Below the pieces are notes generated by a model. The model saw only the letters and a program-made list of their open reading frames with translations, was not told the origin of the DNA and ran no database searches. Shown here one piece after another: positions 18,709-32,659 of a stretch of 64,000 nucleotides of DNA; the first letter of the stretch is position 1, and the number at the start of each line of letters is the position of its first letter. Origin of the DNA: an uncultured bacterium (lineage in GTDB: Bacteria; Krumholzibacteriota; Krumholzibacteriia; LZORAL124-64-63); assembly GCA_963727525.1 (NCBI GenBank), contig CAVSGO010000002.1:96001-160000 (forward strand), given 5' to 3'. The translations under genes were made by a program, and so were the position numbers.

Positions 18709-19091
18709 TCATCATCTCCTTGCTGGTCATGTGCGTGGTGTTTGTCGAGCTGTTCGTGGCCCTCGGGCTGCGGCGCCATGTCGACGTGACGCTCGTGGAG
18801 TCGCGCCGGTCGCTGGACGTGGTGCGCTCGAAGACCCTGTCCGACGACGAGAAGGAGCAGGCCACGCGCCGCAGCTCGGCCACGCTGATCCGTCAGTCGG
18901 GGCTTTTCTTCGGCAAGCTGCTGGTGATCATGGCAGCGCTCGCGCTGATCGTGCTGGCGACGGTGCACCTGGCCGGCGTGGACGCTGAGGTCATGCACCA
19001 GCGTCTGCTGTCGCCCCTCGTCTGGCTGGCCATGACGGCCGCGGCCGCCCTCTACGTCGGGATACGCCATGCTGTCACGAAGCGACTATAG
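18705..19091 (+). CDS. Hypothetical membrane protein
   Basis: ATGA overlap with upstream gene; three hydrophobic segments; LSDDEKE motif. Confidence 0.7.
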   Translation: MIIISLLVMCVVFVELFVALGLRRHVDVTLVESRRSLDVVRSKTLSDDEKEQATRRSSATLIRQSGLFFGKLLVIMAALALIVLATVHLAGVDAEVMHQRLLSPLVWLAMTAAAALYVGIRHAVTKRL

Positions 19092-20163
19092 CCGCGTCGA
19101 TCGCGCCCTGCACCGGCTCGCCCTGGCCCGGCCGGGCCTCCAGCGCGGCATGGCCGAGATCGAGGACGACATGTTCCGCAAGGAGCTGGCGCGGGTACCC
19201 GTGGGCGGCGAGGTGGTGGTGACAGCGCTACCGCGCGCCGGCACCACGCTGCTGCTGGGCCTGCTCTACGCGACCGGCGAGTTCGCGTCGCTCACATACC
19301 GCGCCATGCCCTTCGTGCTGGCGCCTCTGCTGTGGCAGCGGATCTCGCGCCCATTCCAGAGGCAGGCGGTCGCGCGCGAACGCGCCCATGGCGACGGCAT
19401 GGAGGTATCATTCGACAGTCCGGAGGCCTTCGAGGAGGTGCTCTGGCTGGCGCATCTGCGCGACCGGTACGTGCGCGACGATCACCTGCTGCCGCTCGAA
19501 CCGGACGACGTCGACGCCGAGTTCGTCGATGCCTACCGTCGCTTCGTCCGCAAGTGCCGGTCGCTGGGAGCGGCGGGTGGCGACCCCGCTCTGGCGCCCC
19601 GCTACCTGGCCAAGAACAACGCCGACGTCTCGCGGCTCGCGTTGCTGGGGCGCCTGTGCCCTGACGTGCGCATCGTGGTGCCGTTCCGTCATCCGCTGGC
19701 GCACGTGGGCTCACTCCTGCGCCAGCACGAGCTTTTCTGCGCGCGCCACGACGAGGACGACTTCAGCCGCTGCTACATGGAATGGCTCGGCCACTTCGAG
19801 TTCGGCCGCGTGCTGCGTCCGTTCGACTACCACGGCTGGCTCGCCGGCGAAACGTTGCCGCCGCCGGAAGGACCGGGGTTCTGGCTCCGCTACTGGACGG
19901 CGACCTATCGCCAGGTCCTCGCGCAGGCCGACCCGCGCGTGCTCTGCGTGGACTTCGACGCCTTGCTCGCCGACGGCACACCCGTGCTCACGCGCATCGC
20001 GGACCACCTCGCGCTTCGCGATCCTGGCCTGCTGGTCGCCGGCGCGCAGAGCCTACGGTCGCCCACCACGCGGCCGGCGGCTGCAGATGGCTGCGCTTCC
20101 GCCGATCTCGACGCGGCCATGGCAGTGCATGCCCAGTTGCAGGCGCGGGCGGCAAGCGGCTGA
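19069..20163 (+). CDS. PAPS-dependent sulfotransferase family protein
   Basis: LPRAGTTLL PSB loop, ERAHGDG...SPEAFEE, YLAKNN, FRHPL...SL. Confidence 0.87.
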   Translation: MLSRSDYSRVDRALHRLALARPGLQRGMAEIEDDMFRKELARVPVGGEVVVTALPRAGTTLLLGLLYATGEFASLTYRAMPFVLAPLLWQRISRPFQRQAVARERAHGDGMEVSFDSPEAFEEVLWLAHLRDRYVRDDHLLPLEPDDVDAEFVDAYRRFVRKCRSLGAAGGDPALAPRYLAKNNADVSRLALLGRLCPDVRIVVPFRHPLAHVGSLLRQHELFCARHDEDDFSRCYMEWLGHFEFGRVLRPFDYHGWLAGETLPPPEGPGFWLRYWTATYRQVLAQADPRVLCVDFDALLADGTPVLTRIADHLALRDPGLLVAGAQSLRSPTTRPAAADGCASADLDAAMAVHAQLQARAASG

Positions 20164-20169
20164 TCGCGT

Positions 20170-20403
20170 CTACTGGCCCTCCTCGTCCTCTTCCTCGTCG
20201 CCGTCCCAGTCGTCTTCCCAGCCGTCGGATAGCATCGCGTTGGAGATCAGGTCGAAGAACACGCTGGCGGAGTTGCAGAGGTTCTGCAGGATCTCGGATT
20301 GGGTCTTCCTGATGTCCAGATCTTTGGTGTTCTTCATCTCCTCGATGACGCGCTTCGTCTCGGCCAGGATAGGTTCGAGGACATCCGCGGGATCGTCGAT
20401 CAT
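20170..20403 (-). CDS. Small acidic hypothetical protein
   Basis: ATG 20403 after AAGGAG; helical body and D/E-rich tail. Confidence 0.7.
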   Translation of the reverse strand: MIDDPADVLEPILAETKRVIEEMKNTKDLDIRKTQSEILQNLCNSASVFFDLISNAMLSDGWEDDWDGDEEEDEEGQ

Positions 20404-20554
20404 CGGGGCGCTCCTTGTTGGGGTCGGCGAATTACGGGTCGTCTGACGGGGCATGGCGCCGCGGCTCATCTTGGGCGGTGGCCGGGGCGTTGGCAAGCCC
20501 GGACAATCGTTCGGGGGAGGGGGGAACGCCTGCGAAATCCGAGGTTCTGGTCTC

Positions 20555-20613
20555 AGCCCACCTTATTCATGCTATCGCGCCGCCGCAGTAGCGATAGCAT
20601 GAATATGGTGGGC

Positions 20614-20614
<1 letters not shown>
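20555..20614. terminator. Long inverted repeat (24-bp arms, one mismatch) at the kinase stop codon
   Basis: AGCCCACCTTATTCATGCTATCGC-12 nt-GCGATAGCATGAATATGGTGGGCT. Confidence 0.65.
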
Positions 20615-22377
<1,763 letters not shown>

Positions 22378-22537
22378 GGATCGGTTTCGGTCGTTTTCGC
22401 GGAATGTTGAGTTCTTGATCCTGCCGGTCCATCCAGGGCATGCGATCGCGCTGGTCGCGAAGGCGCTCCGGGGACCGCGATGGCGGACGCGGGGTGTTGC
22501 GGCGGGGAAGTGGGAGAATTCAACCGGAAGCCGCGGC

Positions 22538-22950
22538 CTACTTCTCCATCAGCTCCAGCACCTTCAACCGCGCCTCCGCCCGCTCACGGGCCTGCTCGGC
22601 GCGCTCGCGGTCGATGTCGGCTTCAGGGGAGAGCAGGCGCTCCTTCGCACGCGTGAGCGCCGCCTTGGCGCGGTTGGCATCGATCTCGCCGGCGTCCTCG
22701 CAGCTGTCCGTCATGATATTGACGGTGTTGTGCGAGATCTCCACGAAACCGCCGCCGCAGGCCATCAGCGTGATGTTGCCTGCGTCGTCCCGCTTGATCG
22801 TGATCACGCCCGGACGCAGACCCGAGACGAGCGGCGCGTGGTCGGCCCACACGCCGAGGTAGCCGAGGCTGCCGGGCAGGATCACGGAGACCGCCTCGCT
22901 CTGGAAGGCCGTCTTCTCCGGCGTGACGATGTTCACCGCGAAACGCTTCA

Positions 22951-22951
<1 letters not shown>
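22538..22951 (-). CDS. atpC: ATP synthase F1 epsilon
   Basis: IVTPE, PG..G.LGV..DHAP, GGFVEI; last gene of atp operon. Confidence 0.97.
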
Positions 22952-24384
<1,433 letters not shown>

Positions 24385-25260
24385 CTAGAGGGCGTTGGCG
24401 CCGCCCACGATATCGAGAAGTTCCGCCGTGATCGCGGCCTGGCGCTCGCGGTTGCGACGCAGCGTCAGGTTGTCGATCAGCTCGGCGGCATTGTCGGTGG
24501 CGGCGGTCATGCTCGTCATGCGCGCCGCATGTTCGCTGGTGAAGGCTTCCATGAGCGTCATGAAGACGCGGTTGCGCAGGTAGAGCGGCAGCAGGATGGC
24601 CAGCAGCGACTCCTGATCGGGCTCCCAGATGTAGTCGATCTGCTGCGCCGCGTCGTCCTTGCTGTCGGTGATGTCGTCGCCCGCGATGGGGAGCAGGCGG
24701 TGATCGCCCGGCCGCTGCACCATGGTGCTGCGGAACTCCGCGTAGATGATGCGCACCTCGTCGAAGGTGCCGTCGAGGAATCGATTCACCAGCTCGTCGC
24801 CGACCGCCTGGCCACGCTGCGCCGTGGCTTCACCGTTGAAGTGGTCGTGACGCCGGCGCACGGTGTAACCGCGCTTGCTGAAAAAATCTCCGGCCTTCTT
24901 GCCTACTGTGATGAGCTCCGTCTCGACTCCGGCGTCACGTGAGGCATCGACCGCACGTTGCGCGAGCTTCATGATGTTGATGTTGTAGGAACCGCAGAGG
25001 CCCTTGTCGGAGGTGACGACGACGTAGAGCCGCCGCTTCACCTCGCGTACGTCGAAGAGGGGATGCGAACCCGAGACGGCGCCCGCGAGCTGCTGCACCA
25101 GCATCGTCAGCTTGCGCGCGTAGGGACGCGCCGCCAGCATGCGGCCCTGGGAGCGATTCAGCTTCGCCGCGGCCACCATCTTCATGGCCTTGGTGATCTG
25201 CTGCGTGCTCTTGACCGAGCGGATCCGCTTGTTGAGTAGCTTGACTCCGGCTCCGGGCAC
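24385..25260 (-). CDS. atpG: ATP synthase F1 gamma
   Basis: ITKAMKMVAAAK, SDKGLCG, RQAAIT.EL. Confidence 0.98.
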   Translation of the reverse strand: MPGAGVKLLNKRIRSVKSTQQITKAMKMVAAAKLNRSQGRMLAARPYARKLTMLVQQLAGAVSGSHPLFDVREVKRRLYVVVTSDKGLCGSYNINIMKLAQRAVDASRDAGVETELITVGKKAGDFFSKRGYTVRRRHDHFNGEATAQRGQAVGDELVNRFLDGTFDEVRIIYAEFRSTMVQRPGDHRLLPIAGDDITDSKDDAAQQIDYIWEPDQESLLAILLPLYLRNRVFMTLMEAFTSEHAARMTSMTAATDNAAELIDNLTLRRNRERQAAITAELLDIVGGANAL

Positions 25261-25280
25261 AGCCCGTCCTCCTCAGGCGC

Positions 25281-26798
<1,518 letters not shown>

Positions 26799-26804
26799 TC
26801 CTTG

Positions 26805-27353
26805 CTAGCGCAGGGGCGTCTGCTCGAGCTGCTGGCGCAGCCGGCTGAGGCCGGTCCGCACGGTGCCATCGAGGATCTCATCGCCCATGGTCACACACGC
26901 CCCGCCGATCACGGCGGGATCGATCTTCTTCTCGAGGATGATGGACTTGCCGGTCAACGCCTGCAGGCGCTCACGGAGCAGCTCGTCGAGATCGCTCGCC
27001 AGCGGCACCGCCGTGACGACGATGGCGCGCTGCACGCCCCGCGCCGTCTCGACCATGCGGGCGAACTCGCTCTCGATCTCCTGCAGATCCGTGATGCGGT
27101 CCTTGTCGAGCAGCAGGTCGAGGAAATGCACGAGCAACGGCTCCACCCGGTCGGCGAGCACGCTGCGCAGCAGTTCTTTCTTCGCGGTCCGGGCGATCTG
27201 CGGCGCCCGCAGGAAGACCTGCAGGTCGCGCGTCTGCGCCACCGACAACGCCACCGCGTGAAACGACTCCGCCAGCGGCGCGACCAGGTCCTGCTGCCGC
27301 GCGGCGACGAGCAGGGCCTCGGCATAGCGACTGGCGACGCGACGATCACGCAC
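26805..27353 (-). CDS. atpH: ATP synthase delta
   Basis: VASRYAEAL, IDPAVIGG, DGTV; operon position. Confidence 0.96.
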   Translation of the reverse strand: MRDRRVASRYAEALLVAARQQDLVAPLAESFHAVALSVAQTRDLQVFLRAPQIARTAKKELLRSVLADRVEPLLVHFLDLLLDKDRITDLQEIESEFARMVETARGVQRAIVVTAVPLASDLDELLRERLQALTGKSIILEKKIDPAVIGGACVTMGDEILDGTVRTGLSRLRQQLEQTPLR

Positions 27354-27843
27354 GGCGTTGCTCCTGGATCTGGTCGATGTAGCTCTGGATCAGCTGGCGG
27401 TGCTTGGCCTCGTCGAGACGTTCACCGATGAGTTTCTCGGCCGCGCCGATCGCGAGCTGGACCACGGTGTCGCGTAGCTCGACCTGGGCCTTCTGGGCCT
27501 CGATCTCGAGGTCCTGCCGGCCCTTGGCCTTCGCCGTCTCGGCTTGCTGCCGCGCGTCGGCCACGATGCCGCTCGCGAGACCCTCGCCCTTCTTGACCGC
27601 CTCCTGCACACGCTCGCGCTCGATCGCCTTGATCTCGCCGAGCTTGTTGGCGAAATCGGCCTTCAGGCTCTCGGCCGTCTGCAGCTCCTGCTCGGCCGCG
27701 GCGTAGTCGGACTTGATCTTGTCCCGCCGCTGATCGAGCTGATCGAGAATCGGCCCCCACGCGAACTTGCGCAGGAACCAGACCAGGATCAGGAAGCCCA
27801 GGACCGTGGTCGCCAGCTGCGTGATGTTCGGGACCATGTTCAT
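27346..27843 (-). CDS. atpF: ATP synthase Fo b
   Basis: TM followed by KFAWGPI...RR and coiled coil. Confidence 0.96.
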   Translation of the reverse strand: MNMVPNITQLATTVLGFLILVWFLRKFAWGPILDQLDQRRDKIKSDYAAAEQELQTAESLKADFANKLGEIKAIERERVQEAVKKGEGLASGIVADARQQAETAKAKGRQDLEIEAQKAQVELRDTVVQLAIGAAEKLIGERLDEAKHRQLIQSYIDQIQEQRRA

Positions 27844-27899
27844 GGGTCGGTTCCCCTCATGGGTTCCACGACGGCTGGTTCAAGCCAGCCGCCGCGCCA

Positions 27900-28112
27900 C
27901 TAGCCCTTCAGCACGAAGACGGCAACCAGGGCGTAAATGGTCAGAGCCTCGATGAAGGCGCTACCGATGATCATGGCGGTCTGGATCTTTCCGATCGCCT
28001 CGGGCTGACGCCCCATGGCGGTCATGGCGCCCTCGATGGCCTTGCCGAGCCCGATGCCCGAACCCAGGGCAGCGATACCGAGGCCGATGGCCAGAATGCC
28101 GTTGCTCTCCAT
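27900..28112 (-). CDS. atpE: ATP synthase Fo c
   Basis: GGAGGAG RBS; Gly-rich helix, RQPE, FIEAL. Confidence 0.97.
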   Translation of the reverse strand: MESNGILAIGLGIAALGSGIGLGKAIEGAMTAMGRQPEAIGKIQTAMIIGSAFIEALTIYALVAVFVLKG

Positions 28113-28185
28113 GTCTCCTCCTTCAAGCTTACTCGCGAAATGGCGGCTGCCGCGGCTGCCGCCGATCCACCGGACCGGGTCCGGA

Positions 28186-29166
28186 CTAGTGCCCGTGGGC
28201 CTCCTCACCGTGCCCGTGAGGGAGCATCAGGGCGATGTAGATCGTCGACAGCAGGGTGAAGACCAGCGCCTGGACGGTGCTGGCCAGCATGCCCAGCAAG
28301 TAGAAGGGAAACTGCAGCGGGATACCCGGGATGCCGGGAATCTTGGTCAAGCTGAAGACGATGCTCGACCCCAGCAGCACCATCACCGCGATCAACGTGT
28401 CTTCGCCGAAGATATTGCCGAACAGTCGCAGGCTCAGGCTGAGCGGCTTGATCAGCTCGCCGAGCACCTCGAGGGGGAAGATCATCACCGCGAAGACCCA
28501 CTCGATGACGGTCTTCGGCTGCCCCGCGAAGTGGTAGAGGTAGCCGCCGATCCCGTTCTCCCTGATCCCGACGTACTGCACGTAGAGGAAGGTGCACAAC
28601 CCGAGCCCGATCGTGGTGTTCGTGAAGCTCGAGGTGGACGCGTGGCCCAGCGGCACCATGCCCATCAGATTGTTGCAAAGGATGAAGATGAACAACGTGC
28701 CGAGATACGGCGTGAAGCGGCGCGCTGCGTTGCCGAGCACCTGTTCGAAGAGATCGTACAGGCCGCCAACGATGATCTCGGCAAAGATCTGATTCCGCGT
28801 CGGATTGCGCTCGTCGAGCCGCCGGCTGACACCGAAGAAGTAGCTGCCGATCAGCAGCGCGACCAGCAACGAGAAGATCGGGTCGATGAAGTCGTTCAGG
28901 AAGCTCGCCGGCTTCTCGGGTAGCACGTTGTTCAGCAACGCGACGACCGTCAGCAGGTGCGGCGCACCGCCGTGGCCCTCGCCGTGCTCCTCACCCTGCG
29001 CAGTTTCCGCGTGATCTCCGGCGTGACCCGCCACCGTCTCGGTGGTCGCGGCCTCGTCGTGGCCATGGCTGTCCATTTGCGCGGGCGCGGCCAACGAAAC
29101 GGCCGCACTCCACAGCAGGATCGTCGCGGCGGTGGCCGCCAGCAGCAGGGGGCTTGACTTACTCAT
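28186..29166 (-). CDS. atpB: ATP synthase Fo a with signal-like, His-rich N-terminal extension
   Basis: [22 protein letters not shown]. Confidence 0.97.
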   Translation of the reverse strand: MSKSSPLLLAATAATILLWSAAVSLAAPAQMDSHGHDEAATTETVAGHAGDHAETAQGEEHGEGHGGAPHLLTVVALLNNVLPEKPASFLNDFIDPIFSLLVALLIGSYFFGVSRRLDERNPTRNQIFAEIIVGGLYDLFEQVLGNAARRFTPYLGTLFIFILCNNLMGMVPLGHASTSSFTNTTIGLGLCTFLYVQYVGIRENGIGGYLYHFAGQPKTVIEWVFAVMIFPLEVLGELIKPLSLSLRLFGNIFGEDTLIAVMVLLGSSIVFSLTKIPGIPGIPLQFPFYLLGMLASTVQALVFTLLSTIYIALMLPHGHGEEAHGH

Positions 29167-29551
29167 CGTCTCCTCGCGTGGACTCCCGCGCGGGGGGTGA
29201 GGGCTGGCAGACCGCCATGACGGCGATGGCTACGAGTGGCAACGTCAACCCTACGAGTATGCTCGGTGCGGAAAACAACCGGATCGTCAACACCCAGACG
29301 CCGACTACGTAAACACCCAGCTTCGCCGCAATCCAGAGAAAAATGCGCCGACGGCTGCGCGGCGCGCTGGGAGGCTGCACGGCCGCCTTCAGCAGCCCCT
29401 CCAGAGCGCGCAGTCCCGCCACGCCCCAGAGCCCCGCGGCCGCCACGCCGACGCCGAATCGCCAGCCAAGATACGGCATGAATCCGAGTCCGAGGACGAC
29501 GGCAGCCAGCACGCTGACGAGGCGGGCTCGCAGCAGGATCCGGTCGTTCAA
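29159..29551 (-). CDS. atpI: ATP synthase protein I-like membrane protein
   Basis: TTG start overlapping upstream stop; four hydrophobic segments; position before atpB. Confidence 0.7.
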   Translation of the reverse strand: MNDRILLRARLVSVLAAVVLGLGFMPYLGWRFGVGVAAAGLWGVAGLRALEGLLKAAVQPPSAPRSRRRIFLWIAAKLGVYVVGVWVLTIRLFSAPSILVGLTLPLVAIAVMAVCQPSPPARESTRGDDE

Positions 29552-29784
29552 GGGGCCTGGCTCCCCCGTCGGATGATCTTCACGATCTGGCGGATCGCTG
29601 CGGCGAGGCCGAACGCCACCCCGCCGAGCACGAACCAGGGCTCGTAGCCCCAGCGATGCTGCGCATGCGTACCGAGCCAGTAGCCCACGGCGGGGCCAGC
29701 CAGCAGCAGTCCGGGAATGGTGGTGTACATGCCGACCTCGCGCAACCCGGAGGAGGACTTGTCGTCGGCGCGGCGTTTCGGCAC
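29548..29784 (-). CDS. AtpZ/ATPase gene-1 family protein
   Basis: GTG after GGAGG; GPAVGYWLG....WG.EPW...G...G..A pattern. Confidence 0.82.
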   Translation of the reverse strand: MPKRRADDKSSSGLREVGMYTTIPGLLLAGPAVGYWLGTHAQHRWGYEPWFVLGGVAFGLAAAIRQIVKIIRRGSQAP

Positions 29785-29878
29785 GGGAGACCTCCGTCGC
29801 GGGAAAGGCGGCCGCAGCCACCGGGGAGGGTGGCCGCGGCCGCAGCTGGGAGCCGCCGGGGTCAAAGGCGGAAAGTCC

Positions 29879-30349
29879 CTACTTCTTCACCACCTCGGGC
29901 TGCTTGGCACCGAGACCCTGGTGCGGGGACTGGGCGGGCGGGGACTGGGCGGGCGTCGACTGGCTGGACGATGCCGGCTGGTCGGTGTGCGCCTTGTTCG
30001 ACCCCATCGAGCACGTCCCCTCGAAGAACACGCCCTCGTCGATCACCAGACGCTTGGTCTTGATGTCGCCCTCGAGGTGGGAGCCGCTCTGCAGCTCGAT
30101 CTTGTTCTCGGCATTGATGTCGCCGAAGAACTGCCCGCCGATGATCGCGTTCTTGACCTTCACCGAGGCATTGACGACGCCCGTCTTGCCGACAACGAGG
30201 CTTTCGGGGGTCCCGATGGTCCCCTTGAACTCGCCCTCGATGCGCAGCGTGCCCTTGATGTCGATCGTGCCCTCGAACTTGCATCCCTGCGCGATGATCG
30301 AGGTCTGGCCGGCCTGGACAGCCTGGCTCTCGGGTTCCTTGCCGAACAT
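29879..30349 (-). CDS. Bactofilin (polymer-forming cytoskeletal protein)
   Basis: MFGK N-terminus; beta-helix repeats FEGTI, LRIEG.F.G.I, GDI....L.I.EG..FEG.C.M. Confidence 0.93.
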   Translation of the reverse strand: MFGKEPESQAVQAGQTSIIAQGCKFEGTIDIKGTLRIEGEFKGTIGTPESLVVGKTGVVNASVKVKNAIIGGQFFGDINAENKIELQSGSHLEGDIKTKRLVIDEGVFFEGTCSMGSNKAHTDQPASSSQSTPAQSPPAQSPHQGLGAKQPEVVKK

Positions 30350-30450
30350 GTGGTCTCCTCCTCGGTGCCGATGGAAAGGAAGGGCCGGACCCTCCCCTGT
30401 CGGTTCCTTTGCCGCGGGTGAGGTCGAGCCTTATGCCCGACCCTCGCATA

Positions 30451-31251
30451 CTACGTCTGTGGTGGCTCTCCCCGCAAGAGCTGGCGCGGGTCGATGGCCT
30501 CTCCGTCATGCCACACCTCGAAATGCAAATGTGGTGCCGCAGCCTGACCCGTCTTGCCGGTATATGCGACGACCTGTCCCCGACGCACCGAAGCGCCTGG
30601 TTCGACAACGATTCGGTTACAATGACCGTACACGGTCAAATAGCCGAGGCCGTGCTGGACCTCGAGGAAACTGCCCAGAAATGGATCGGTCCCGGTGCGC
30701 GCGACCCAGCCGTCCCCGGCCGCCATGATCGGCGTGTTTTCCGGCCCCGCGATGTCGATACCCGGGTGGGGTTCCTTGCCCTGCGCGAGAGCGCCCTCGG
30801 TGAACTCCTGCGTCACGTAGCCCGAGGTCGGCCACAGGCTCGGCGGCGGCATCACGATACCGGCCGCCAGGTCCTGCAAGGTTGCTGGCCGGTCCGTCCC
30901 GCTGGCCGGCCAGACCCCGGCCAGGGAGTCGAGGTTGCTCGCGCTGGGCTGAACTCCGAGCATCGTCAGCAGGCGTTCCTGGAGGAGGCGGTTGCGTTCC
31001 AGCTCGAGCTTCAGTTCGTCGACCTGGGCCGCGTCGGCCTCAGCCTGCTCCACGCGTTCCCTCAGCCATCCCACGTGCTGCACGCGGCGCACCAGTCCGG
31101 CGTAGCTCACGAGCACCGTCAGCAGCACCAGGACCAGCAACGAGCCGATGGCCGCGAGGGACACGACCATGCGCCCACTGATGACGAACTCGCGGTGCGG
31201 ACTCCGTTCGTCGGTGATGAGGAAGATGCGGGTCTGCCGCGGGATGTGCAC
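30451..31251 (-). CDS. M23 family metallopeptidase with TM and coiled coil
   Basis: HPGIDIA, YGH, APHLHFEV. Confidence 0.93.
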   Translation of the reverse strand: MHIPRQTRIFLITDERSPHREFVISGRMVVSLAAIGSLLVLVLLTVLVSYAGLVRRVQHVGWLRERVEQAEADAAQVDELKLELERNRLLQERLLTMLGVQPSASNLDSLAGVWPASGTDRPATLQDLAAGIVMPPPSLWPTSGYVTQEFTEGALAQGKEPHPGIDIAGPENTPIMAAGDGWVARTGTDPFLGSFLEVQHGLGYLTVYGHCNRIVVEPGASVRRGQVVAYTGKTGQAAAPHLHFEVWHDGEAIDPRQLLRGEPPQT

Positions 31252-31258
31252 GACGCTC

Positions 31259-32650
31259 CTATCGCTTCGTGGCCGGCACCGCCGGAACCGGTGTACCGGA
31301 GTTCGGGGTTCCGTAGGTCGGCGAACCCTCGCCCAGTCCGTAACCGGGTATGGGGAAGGCGATGAGAAACCGGGTGCCGCGACCGCGCTCGCTCTCGAGT
31401 TCGATGCGGCCGCCGTGTTCGTGCACGATCCGCGCGACGATGCTCAGCCCCAGTCCCGTGCCGCGGCCGTATTCCTTCGTGGTGAAGAAGGGGAGGAATA
31501 CGCGATCGCGGTCGCCGGCGGCGATGCCCTCGCCCGTGTCCGCCACCTCGACGAGCACTTCGCCTGGCCCGCCAGGCCCCAGGCGCAGATCCACACGACC
31601 ACCGCCCGGCATCGCATCGAGCGCGTTGCCCAGGAGGTTGAAGATCACCTGATCCAGTTCGTTCCGGTTGCCGTAGACGAGTGGCTGTCCCAGCTCCTCG
31701 ATGCCGACCTCGACGCCTGCGAGCTTGAGATTCTTCTCCATGAGATAGACGGTTTCGCGCACCACCTCGCCGAGAGGCAGCACACCCCGCTCGGTATGCT
31801 GCGGCCGCGCGAAATTGAGCAGGCCCTTGATGATCGTGCGGCATTGCTCGGTCTGGCGGATGATGCGCTGCACGTCTTCCTGTTCGTCGTCGGAGAGGGA
31901 AGCATCGGCGAGCATCTGCGCCGACAGGAGGATCGAGCCCAGCGGCGTGTTGAGCTGGTGCGCGATGCCGGCAGCGAGTTGACCGATCCCCGCGAGCTTC
32001 TCCGCCTCGCTCATCCGCGTCTCGAACTGGCGCTCGCTGGTGACGTCGCGCGCGATCACCACGAACGCGCGCTCGCCGCCGTCGCCACCGGCGGCGATGG
32101 GCGACACCGTCATGTTGAGCTGACCACCGGCATGCTCCGCGCGGGGGAACGGGAAATCGAACGTGAGGCTTCGCCCGTGCGTCTCGGCGTCCGTCATGAC
32201 GCGATCGATCTCCAGTCCGTAGCACAGATGGATGTCGCGGAAGGGATTGCCGAGCACGTTGCGGCGCGCGACGCCGAAGAGCGCTTCCGCGGCCTTGTTC
32301 CACTCGAGCACCAGCCCCGCGCGGTCGAGCAGGAAGATGGCCTCGCCGGCTTGGTTGATGATCGTGCGGTACTTCTGCTCGGAGCGCTTGAGACGCAACT
32401 GGTCGCGTTCGCGCTGACGAAGCTGGAACCAGGAGATCCCGCTGACCATCAGGATCAAGAGGAGCATCAGCACCGAGAGGACGACCGCCGGCAAACCGCG
32501 ACCCTCGAGCCACGAGCCGTGGTGGCTGAGCGTGGCCACGACCTCCAGCAGGTTGATCAGGAAGAGGCCCGCGGCCAGGCTCATCAGCACGGCGAGCAGA
32601 ACGCGGATCCGCGTGGGGCGGCCGCTTTTTAATTTATTTATTTTCAACAA
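31259..32650 (-). CDS. PAS-domain membrane sensor histidine kinase (start uncertain)
   Basis: Two TMs, PAS (WNKAAE.LFG), AAGIAHQLNTPL, NALDAM, GTGLGL. Confidence 0.88.
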   Translation of the reverse strand: MLKINKLKSGRPTRIRVLLAVLMSLAAGLFLINLLEVVATLSHHGSWLEGRGLPAVVLSVLMLLLILMVSGISWFQLRQRERDQLRLKRSEQKYRTIINQAGEAIFLLDRAGLVLEWNKAAEALFGVARRNVLGNPFRDIHLCYGLEIDRVMTDAETHGRSLTFDFPFPRAEHAGGQLNMTVSPIAAGGDGGERAFVVIARDVTSERQFETRMSEAEKLAGIGQLAAGIAHQLNTPLGSILLSAQMLADASLSDDEQEDVQRIIRQTEQCRTIIKGLLNFARPQHTERGVLPLGEVVRETVYLMEKNLKLAGVEVGIEELGQPLVYGNRNELDQVIFNLLGNALDAMPGGGRVDLRLGPGGPGEVLVEVADTGEGIAAGDRDRVFLPFFTTKEYGRGTGLGLSIVARIVHEHGGRIELESERGRGTRFLIAFPIPGYGLGEGSPTYGTPNSGTPVPAVPATKR

Positions 32651-32659
32651 GTTAAAAAA

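Noticed and set aside
26838-26847. CAGCCGGCTG inside atpH
   Set aside because: Short GC-rich match within coding sequence, lacking the other two parts; likely chance
27900-28112. Na+-translocating or N-type ATPase
   Set aside because: Subunit c lacks the Q...ES/T motif and the gene order is the standard IBEFHAGDC
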